Below, in pieces: positions 1 to 6,626 of a DNA stretch of 64,000 bases. Made by a program: the position numbers and the translations under genes. This DNA is from an uncultured Eubacteriales bacterium (GTDB lineage Bacteria; Bacillota; Clostridia; Oscillospirales; Acutalibacteraceae), in contig CAKSIG010000003.1 in the NCBI GenBank assembly GCA_934463035.1, positions 96,049 to 160,048 on the forward strand, given 5' to 3'. Position 1 is the first letter of the stretch. Each line of letters begins with the position of its first letter. The notes under the pieces were generated by a model, which searched no databases, was not told where the DNA came from, and saw only the letters and a program-made list of their open reading frames with translations.

Positions 1-324
1 GTACTTTTGCTACACCTACAAGGAGACTTTTATATCCGTCCCAGGTAAGCGCTGTAAAAACAAGAAACAAAACGCTGAAAAAAATGCAGATTGCCGTGGT
101 TCTTTTTCCTTTTTTCACCAATTTGGCGGAAATAATATTCCTTATACAGCCGATTATGTTCATAGCGGTGCCTGTGTATGCTCCGAGCAGAATATATTGG
201 ATTGCGAACAGCAATTCGTTGACTGTTTTGAACAGCAGTATTTTATCGTGCTTTTTGCATTGAAAAGTAATAATGCTTGCAGCAATTCCCAAGAAACCTA
301 ACGCCTGAATAACTATCTCTCGCA
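1..324 (-). CDS. YgjV-like small inner-membrane protein, N-terminal 108 codons (3' end lies beyond the left window edge)
   Basis: Absent from the ORF track because there is no stop codon in the window. A reverse-strand ATG at 322-324 opens MREIVIQALGFLGIAASIITFQCKKHDKILLFKTVNELLFAIQYILLGAYTGTAMNIIGCIRNIISAKL... It has three hydrophobic helices and the FQxK / YxLLGA / NxxxxxRN pattern I recall from the YgjV family. Confidence 0.5.
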
Positions 325-454
325 TATTAAGACCAATCCCATCACGTTGACTTTTGCCGAGACCTATGATATACTCTTTTCAAACGTATGTCAATTAATG
401 TTCGATATGTTTATAAACGAACATTTACTTTAACAAAATTTCGGAGGGATTATA

Positions 455-1150
455 TTGCGGCTGAATGAACGCCAAACCAAAATCGTTGAAGCGCTTAAAG
501 AGAGAAAGCGTATGTCGGTGGTACAGCTTGCAAAACAGTTTTTTGTAAGCGAGATGACAATACGGCGGGATTTAAAATTGCTTGAAGAAGAAAGCTACAT
601 TGTCAGATATAACGGCGGTGCAATGATAAAAAACGGCGACGGGGATATAATGCCGATAAAGTACAGACGTCTGCTTCACATAAAACAAAAGACAAATCTT
701 GCTAAAATGGCTGAAAAATATCTTAAAGATTCTATAAATGTTTTTATAGACAGTTCCTCGACCTGTATGTATATTATTCCTCTTATAGCCGAGCATAAGG
801 ATATTCATATTTTTACAAATTCCGTTCAAACGGTTATTGCCGCCGCTGAGCGCGGTATAAAATGTACTTTGGTAGGCGGGAATTATTATAAATATGATAT
901 GTGTACCGTCGGGAGTATTGCCGAGGAATTTTTGCGGGGGATAAATGCCGATATTGCTTTCTTTTCTTCCGCAGGATTAAGCGACGACGGATTTATTACC
1001 GACCACGACGAGCTTCAAACTGCTATAAGAAAAATTGTTATGTCAAAATGCGATACTAATATTTTTTTGTTCGATAATCACAAGTTGCACAAAAAGTATA
1101 TATATACCCTCTGCCACAAGGACGATGTTACCGAGACGTTTATTCTTTAA
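455..1150 (+). CDS. DeoR-family transcriptional regulator
   Basis: 231 aa. The N-terminal winged HTH MSVVQLAKQFFVSEMTIRRDLKLLEEESYIVRYNGGA is the DeoR signature, followed by a C-terminal DeoR-type effector domain. The TTG start is preceded by GGAGGG at 444-449. Confidence 0.85.
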   Translation: MRLNERQTKIVEALKERKRMSVVQLAKQFFVSEMTIRRDLKLLEEESYIVRYNGGAMIKNGDGDIMPIKYRRLLHIKQKTNLAKMAEKYLKDSINVFIDSSSTCMYIIPLIAEHKDIHIFTNSVQTVIAAAERGIKCTLVGGNYYKYDMCTVGSIAEEFLRGINADIAFFSSAGLSDDGFITDHDELQTAIRKIVMSKCDTNIFLFDNHKLHKKYIYTLCHKDDVTETFIL

Positions 1151-1230
1151 GATAGGGGACAGCAAAATCCGTGATATATTCGCGTTTTCGGCGTCTGGAT
1201 TTAAACAAATATTATGCCGTATTTCATTGA

Positions 1231-1260
1231 AAAAAGCACTTGCATTTGCAAGTGCTTTTT
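1231..1260. terminator. Bidirectional rho-independent terminator between the DeoR gene and tRNA-Val
   Basis: Perfect hairpin AAAAAGCACTTGCA-tt-TGCAAGTGCTTTTT, with an A-run on one side and a T-run on the other. It lies immediately 3' of the minus-strand tRNA. Confidence 0.7.
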
Positions 1261-1261
1261 C

Positions 1262-1338
1262 TGGTGGAGACGGTTGGGCTCGAACCAATGACCCCTTGCA
1301 TGTCAAGCAAGTACTCTAACCAACTGAGCTACGCCTCC
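1262..1338 (-). tRNA. tRNA-Val (anticodon GAC), CCA encoded
   Basis: The reverse complement reads GGAGGCGTAGCTCAGTTGGTTAGAGTACTTGCTTGACATGCAAGGGGTCATTGGTTCGAGCCCAACCGTCTCCACCA. The cloverleaf folds by hand: 7-bp acceptor stem, GCTC/GAGT D-stem, CTTGC/GCAAG anticodon stem with loop TTGACAT, and a TTCGAGC T-loop. There is one A-C mismatch at the base of the T-stem. Confidence 0.9.
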
Positions 1339-1350
1339 GAACGTAAGGCG

Positions 1351-1379
1351 ATTATAACACAATCGGTAGAATAATGCAA
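1351..1379 (-). promoter_or_regulatory. Sigma-A type promoter of the monocistronic tRNA-Val gene
   Basis: On the minus strand this reads TTGCAT (1374-1379), a 17-nt spacer, then TATAAT (1351-1356). The -10 element ends about 12 nt upstream of the mature tRNA 5' end. Confidence 0.6.
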
Positions 1380-1419
1380 GATTTTTTTAAAGCAGGTTCG
1401 TTTTTATGAAATCAAGCGG

Positions 1420-2697
1420 TCATTTTGTTATTTCGGTTCCGCCCCATTCAACAGCGGTGAATCCCTTCCGTTCGGGAGCCAAGAGCTTTTGCTCTGAAAG
1501 TTCTATATACGAGTCGGACGGTTTCCACGCCATAAAGACGCGTATCAATGTGTCGGGTGCAGGGGATATATTAAGTCTTGCGGCGTCGGTATAAGCGGTG
1601 GTTTGAAAAGAAATTATGTTATACGTGTTGTTCTGCATCAGCGGCAGCCAATACACGATAAATTCGTTTGCTTCTTTTCGGTTTAATCCGAGCTTTTTGA
1701 GCGCAGCTTCAAGGAATTTCGCAGTATCCTCGCCCTTTACGCAAAAGCCTTTTGAAAGGTCATAATCTGCGTAGGTTTCTCCCTCCCAATAGAGGTAGTT
1801 ATATATTTGCCCGCTTGCGTCGGTGAGAGTGCCGTCGGGTTTTGCGGTAACCTGCCAACCGTTTTTATATTCGGGATAGGTGCAGGTAAGCCGTCCGTTT
1901 AATTCCAAGTTTACCGACACGCGCGTTTCCTTTTCGGGATAAAGATAGATTACGGGCTTATAAGCCACATTTGGGTCGGGCTGCCAATCACTTTCTTTAA
2001 TTGTCAGCATATCTGCCTCAATACGCTGAGATTTCTTGTCGTAATACGTGTTTTTGTAAGTGCAGGTCACTCTGTCGCCGACGCACCATTTGTCGGATAA
2101 TTTTCCGTTGAGTTTAATTTTGTAAGGCATAGGGACAGCCGTTTCCGCAAAGAAACAGTTTGAGTATATTTCGGTGATGTCTATATACTCGAAAATACGG
2201 TCGTCGCATTTGTTCTCCTCAGTTTTTTCAAGCCATTGGTCGGTATATTCGGGATACTCTGCCTTGCTTTGCGCCCAGAGGATTATTTCGTTTAATTTTT
2301 CGGTCTGTTCCCTTGTCAGATTTGCCTGACCCTTATCGCAACGGGCGTAGCCTGATGAAATGTTTATTCCGTATCCCGTGCCGAATTCTGTATCGACCGT
2401 GTATTCGGAACGGCATTTGCACAGCTTGCTCGGATCGTAATTAAGATTAAAGAGTATATCGGTCATCGCAACGGAATTTTCATACATAAAGGTATAGCTT
2501 TTCCCGTTATCAAAATGTATTGTGGTTTGTGTGTTGCCGCAGTAGCCTGTTGCGGGATTAGATACCGTTTCGGGTTTTTCGGCAAGCCTGTGGGTGTGTG
2601 ATTCGGTTTGAGAGGTTACATCAGCACTGACATTTCGGCAGGCGCAAAGGGTTAATAAAAGTGCGAGTGAAATAAGCACGGCAATTGTTCTTTTCAT
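1420..2697 (-). CDS. Exported lipoprotein of unknown function (three-part, Cys-containing N-domain), last gene of the sigma operon
   Basis: 425 aa. Signal peptide plus lipobox MKRTIAVLISLALLLTLCAC. Its ATG overlaps the stop of the upstream gene (ATGA at 2694-2697). The C-terminal ~190 aa (KPVIYLYPEKE...VEWGG) and the N-domain (GYCGNT...KLCKC...ARCDKG) do not match any family I can name. Confidence 0.6.
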   Translation of the reverse strand: MKRTIAVLISLALLLTLCACRNVSADVTSQTESHTHRLAEKPETVSNPATGYCGNTQTTIHFDNGKSYTFMYENSVAMTDILFNLNYDPSKLCKCRSEYTVDTEFGTGYGINISSGYARCDKGQANLTREQTEKLNEIILWAQSKAEYPEYTDQWLEKTEENKCDDRIFEYIDITEIYSNCFFAETAVPMPYKIKLNGKLSDKWCVGDRVTCTYKNTYYDKKSQRIEADMLTIKESDWQPDPNVAYKPVIYLYPEKETRVSVNLELNGRLTCTYPEYKNGWQVTAKPDGTLTDASGQIYNYLYWEGETYADYDLSKGFCVKGEDTAKFLEAALKKLGLNRKEANEFIVYWLPLMQNNTYNIISFQTTAYTDAARLNISPAPDTLIRVFMAWKPSDSYIELSEQKLLAPERKGFTAVEWGGTEITK

Positions 2698-3269
2698 TCT
2701 GTTTCCTCCTTATCGGCGGTTGCAGTTTCAATTATTTCATACAATTTTTCTAACTGTTCATCACTGATGGCGGCGGCGGTTTTGGTTGTTTCATCGGTAA
2801 GAGTATTGCCCGACAATGTATAAACTGCCTGTTTCCCGTCGCTCGATGAAAACTTAAAAGTGTATAAAGCGTTTGTATCATAGGTGTCTCGCAGTGATTT
2901 TGATTTGTTTGAGCCGTTGACAACACCCTTGCCGTCGTTTTGAGCCGAGGACGCGCCGTCCGACTCAAAGGCGGAATTAATAATCTTGTAAATATCCTTT
3001 ATGTCGGCGGTATTGTTCAGTTCGGTATCATTGCCGACAAGTTCAAGCGAGGTATAAGGAAACTCCTCCGCGGGCTGCGAATAGCCGTAATTATTTGTGT
3101 TACCCGATTTTTCCTTTTTTTTCGGAACATATATCGCTGTTAAAATCGCAATGCACAAGCACAGCGGAACACAGCAGGCAACGATACGTCTGCGGCTTTT
3201 GCGGCGTTCTTTTATTCTTTCTTCACTTCTGCGGAGTATTTCCGCTTTTCTTTCTTCAAAATTTCTCAT
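2694..3269 (-). CDS. Single-pass membrane protein, putative anti-sigma factor
   Basis: 191 aa. It has a charged cytoplasmic N-terminus (MRNFEERKAEILRRSEERIKERRKSRRR), one TM helix (IVACCVPLCLCIAILTAIYV) and an extracytoplasmic tail. ATGA overlaps link it to the sigma gene upstream and the lipoprotein gene downstream. The anti-sigma role is inferred from position only. Confidence 0.5.
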   Translation of the reverse strand: MRNFEERKAEILRRSEERIKERRKSRRRIVACCVPLCLCIAILTAIYVPKKKEKSGNTNNYGYSQPAEEFPYTSLELVGNDTELNNTADIKDIYKIINSAFESDGASSAQNDGKGVVNGSNKSKSLRDTYDTNALYTFKFSSSDGKQAVYTLSGNTLTDETTKTAAAISDEQLEKLYEIIETATADKEETE

Positions 3270-3814
3270 ATAAGCTCTCCGTCCTTTCCGAGGACGGTGC
3301 GAAGTTCTCCCTTTGCACGGTATAAAAGGTTGTCTATTTGCTTTCGGTTTTTCTTCATAACCTTGGCTGCCTCGTTATATGACAGCCCCTCAAAATAAAT
3401 CAGGTGAATTGCAATGCGCATATCCTTCGGCAGGGAAGAAACAGCCTTATTTACAAGCCGATTTTGCTCGCTTGCAAGAACGGTATCTTCAAGGGTTGCT
3501 TGCTCGGCGGTTGCCTTGTCTGCTTCGGAAAGCTCGGCAAAACCGATTATTTTTCTGTGCTTTATGTGATTTAAGGCACGGCTTCTGCCAAGCATAAACA
3601 GATATGTTTTCAGGGTCACCTTGAAATTATATCGGTGCTTATTAACTATAAGGTCGGAGAATACGTCAATCGCAATATCCTCGGCAGCGTTAATGTCGCA
3701 CACGTAACGGTTGATGAAGAAAACGAGTTTGTCAAACAGTTCTTTAACTATCTCGTCAAAGGCGCTCTCGTCACCGTCAAGGAAACGGCGGTAGCTACTT
3801 GCGCCGTTGTCCAT
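3266..3814 (-). CDS. RNA polymerase sigma-70 family factor (ECF-like, regions 2 and 4)
   Basis: 182 aa. Region 2-like segment AEDIAIDVFSDLIVNKHRYNFKVTLKTYLFMLGRSRALNHIKHRK, and region 4 HTH LPKDMRIAIHLIYFEGLSYNEAAKVMKKNRKQIDNLLYRAKGELR. A GGAGGA RBS precedes the ATG. Confidence 0.85.
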   Translation of the reverse strand: MDNGASSYRRFLDGDESAFDEIVKELFDKLVFFINRYVCDINAAEDIAIDVFSDLIVNKHRYNFKVTLKTYLFMLGRSRALNHIKHRKIIGFAELSEADKATAEQATLEDTVLASEQNRLVNKAVSSLPKDMRIAIHLIYFEGLSYNEAAKVMKKNRKQIDNLLYRAKGELRTVLGKDGELI

Positions 3815-3898
3815 AAAATTTTCCTCCTGTTTTTATCCTTTCACTTATTATACAACCGAGCGGTTTTAAAATCCTTATTTAATTTTTTTAACGTCAAT

Positions 3899-4276
3899 CT
3901 ATGGGTTGCACCGTTTGCACGGCTCATAGCCTTCTGCTATGAGAGCGTCTCTGTCGTCTGTTAAATATCTGTTTTCTTCATTTGTCCGTTTTGCGCTCGC
4001 GCATGCGGATTTATGAAATTTCTTTGTTTTCGTATTCGCGCAGTAAGCCGTGCCGATTTCGTTTGTATCGCCCTGTGGCTGTGCCGCTGAAACGGCGGAT
4101 TGCGCGGTATCGGAGGACGTATTGGGTTGCTTGTAACCGTTTATGTCGCCGCCGTCCTCAAAATTTATTTCTATATCGCTCTTGCTTTCCTCGGGATATG
4201 CGTTTGTGTTCACGGAACAGCCTGCTATGCCGAGTATCAACAAAATTCCGAAGAAAACCGATATTGCTTTTTTCAT
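3899..4276 (-). CDS. Small lipoprotein with C-terminal Ada-like Cys/His metal-binding motif
   Basis: 125 aa. Signal peptide plus lipobox MKKAISVFFGILLILGIAGCS, then a low-complexity linker. The C-terminus is AYCANTKTKKFHKSACASAKRTNEENRYLTDDRDALIAEGYEPCKRCNP (FHxxxC...GYxPCKxCxP pattern). Confidence 0.6.
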   Translation of the reverse strand: MKKAISVFFGILLILGIAGCSVNTNAYPEESKSDIEINFEDGGDINGYKQPNTSSDTAQSAVSAAQPQGDTNEIGTAYCANTKTKKFHKSACASAKRTNEENRYLTDDRDALIAEGYEPCKRCNP

Positions 4277-4400
4277 AATAAGAATCGCCTCTTAAACTGA
4301 ATTTTAATACTTTTTTCGACAAAAATCAACCCTTGAAGAATACCCTTTGTTGTGTTAAACTCAGTATTGGATAATACTATAAAGGAGGTATGGCGGCGTT

Positions 4401-6224
4401 ATGTATGCCGATAAGGAAAAACTGAAAATTCTCAAACAAAAAGCCAACCGTCTTCCTCTGACTCCCGGTGTGTATATAATGAAAAATAAAGACGGGAATA
4501 TTATATACATCGGCAAAGCAAAGGCGCTTAAAAACCGTGTTACCCAGTATTTCGGCAGCGGTAATCAGCACACCGAAAAGGTTCGCCGTATGGTGTCGAA
4601 TGTTGACGATTTTGAATATATTATATGCGACAGCGAGTTTGAGGCGCTCATTCTTGAAAACTCGCTTATAAAGCAAAATCAGCCTAAGTACAATATTCTT
4701 TTAAAGGACGATAAAGGCTATCACTATATCAAGGTGACCGACGATAAATGGAAACGTATAGAAACGTCCAACACCAAGGACGGCGGCGGAACTTTTATAG
4801 GTCCTTATAATTCGGGATATATTGTTAAGGAAACTGTTGACGAGGCGCGTAAAGTATTTAAACTTCCCGATTGCCGAAGAAATTTCGATACAATTTCAAA
4901 ACCGTGTCTTAATTATCATATCGGTATCTGCGAGGCGCCCTGCAACGGCAAAATAAAGCTGGATGATTATTTGCAGACGGTTAATTCGGCGGTTGATTTT
5001 ATAAAGCACGGCGGCGCCGACAGCGGTTTCATTTCACAGCTTGAAGAAAAGATGTACAGCGCGTCCGAAAGGCTGGATTTTGAGCTTGCCGCGCGTCTGC
5101 GGGACAGGATAAACGCGGTAAACCGTATGCGGGAACGCCAAAAGGTGGTTATGACCTCCTATAAATCGGAGGACGTTATAGCAAGCGCTATGATAGGCGA
5201 GCTTGCCTGCGTTGAAATTCTTATTTTCAGAAATAATCGGCTTACGGACAAAAGGCATTATTTTATAGACGGAGTAGCTTCAAAGAGTGAATTATACTCG
5301 GAATTTTTGCAACAATATTATCAGGACAGCGAAGATATACCGCCGAGAATAGTTATAGACTGTGAGTTTGACGGAAACTCAGCTATGGCTGAATGGCTTA
5401 CTGAAAAAGGCGGCAAAACGGTTTCTTTTGTGTTTCCGAAACAGGGCGAACAAAAGCAGATTTTGGATATGTGCCTTAACAATGCCGCAGATAATCTTTC
5501 TGCAAAGGCCGAGCGCAGCGGCAGGGAAATGGCGGCGCTTAACGAGCTTTCGTCCATTATAGGTCTTTCAAACCCGCCGAGATATATTGAGGCTTATGAT
5601 ATATCTAACACCGCGGGCAGTGAAAATGTCGCCGCAATGATAGTTTTTAAGGACGGTCGGCCGTTTAAACAAAACTATCGGCGTTTTAAAATAAAAACAT
5701 TTTCGGGTCAGGACGATTTCCGTTCTATGGCGGAGGTTCTTGACAGAAGATTTAACGAGTATGAAAAGGGTGAGGACGGTGCGTTTTCAACGCTTCCCGA
5801 CCTTATCTTGCTTGACGGCGGAAAGGGTCAAATGTCGGCGGTAGAACCGATTTTGAAAGCGCACAATATTAAAGTTCCGCTTTTCGGTATGGTTAAGGAT
5901 TCAAAGCACCGCACAAGGGCTATCGCGGCATCGGGCGGAGATATTTCAATCAAAGCAAACAGGAGCGCATACACGCTTGTAACCGATATTCAGGACGAGG
6001 TTCACCGTTTTGCAATAGGTTATCACAAAAACCGCCGCAGTAAAGCTATGCTCAACAGCGAGCTTCTTAGTATTCAGGGCGTCGGCAAGACAAAGGCGGC
6101 GGCGCTCATAAAACATTTTAAAACCGTAAACGCAATAAAGAACGCCACTGTTGAGGAACTTGCCGAAGTTGACGGCATAAACGCATCAACCGCACAGGCG
6201 ATTCGCGATTTTTACAAAAACTGA
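4401..6224 (+). CDS. uvrC: Excinuclease ABC subunit C
   Basis: 607 aa. GIY-YIG nuclease motif (GVYIMKNKDGNIIYIGKAKALKNRVTQYF), UVR domain (LDFELAARLRDRI), an endonuclease V-like domain and a C-terminal (HhH)2 (LLSIQGVGKTKAAALIKHF). Confidence 0.95.
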   Translation: MYADKEKLKILKQKANRLPLTPGVYIMKNKDGNIIYIGKAKALKNRVTQYFGSGNQHTEKVRRMVSNVDDFEYIICDSEFEALILENSLIKQNQPKYNILLKDDKGYHYIKVTDDKWKRIETSNTKDGGGTFIGPYNSGYIVKETVDEARKVFKLPDCRRNFDTISKPCLNYHIGICEAPCNGKIKLDDYLQTVNSAVDFIKHGGADSGFISQLEEKMYSASERLDFELAARLRDRINAVNRMRERQKVVMTSYKSEDVIASAMIGELACVEILIFRNNRLTDKRHYFIDGVASKSELYSEFLQQYYQDSEDIPPRIVIDCEFDGNSAMAEWLTEKGGKTVSFVFPKQGEQKQILDMCLNNAADNLSAKAERSGREMAALNELSSIIGLSNPPRYIEAYDISNTAGSENVAAMIVFKDGRPFKQNYRRFKIKTFSGQDDFRSMAEVLDRRFNEYEKGEDGAFSTLPDLILLDGGKGQMSAVEPILKAHNIKVPLFGMVKDSKHRTRAIAASGGDISIKANRSAYTLVTDIQDEVHRFAIGYHKNRRSKAMLNSELLSIQGVGKTKAAALIKHFKTVNAIKNATVEELAEVDGINASTAQAIRDFYKN

Positions 6225-6345
6225 CACTTTTCGGCGATTTCTTCCAAATGCTTTGCTGTCTATTGACTTTTCGACATAAAAATAGTATTATTTATAGGCA
6301 AGTTCGGATTACTGCCGATTGCCTTTGTTCGAGGGAGGAATTTCA

Positions 6346-6585
6346 ATGCTCGAAAAAATGATAATGCTCGACACCATTGACAGCGTAAGAAAGTTTTCGG
6401 ATATAGCCTCCTCTAAGGATTATTCCATAGAGCTTGAATCGGGAAAATATACGGTCAACGCCAAGTCTATTATGGGTATTTTCAGTTTGGATCTGACTAA
6501 ACCCGTGAAAATGACGGCGCATTGCGATATGGTTGCGGAACTTGCAAGGCAAATAGAGCCTTTTATCTATAAAAACAACAAATAA
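6346..6585 (+). CDS. HPr-like (Crh-like) small protein lacking the His15 phosphorylation site
   Basis: I place the start at ATG 6346, 7 nt after GAGGGAGG (6331-6338), rather than the track start 6319. It carries the HPr core motif TVNAKSIMGIFSL with a Ser46 equivalent. The GxHARPA region is replaced by TIDSVRKFSDIA, so there is no His. Confidence 0.65.
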   Translation: MLEKMIMLDTIDSVRKFSDIASSKDYSIELESGKYTVNAKSIMGIFSLDLTKPVKMTAHCDMVAELARQIEPFIYKNNK

Positions 6586-6611
6586 GGCGTCATTCGGCGC
6601 CTTATTTTATT
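6583..6611 (+). terminator. Possible weak terminator or attenuator after the HPr-like gene
   Basis: TAAGGCG-loop-CGCCTTA hairpin overlapping the stop codon, followed by TTTTATT. pcrA starts only about 20 nt later, so read-through is likely. Confidence 0.4.
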
Positions 6612-6626
6612 CTGTAAATTAAGGAT

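Noticed and set aside
1035-1319. Track ORFs (94 aa on plus, 87 aa on minus) spanning the DeoR 3' end, the terminator and tRNA-Val
   Set aside because: They run straight through a terminator hairpin and a tRNA gene, and the tRNA cloverleaf explains the sequence better.
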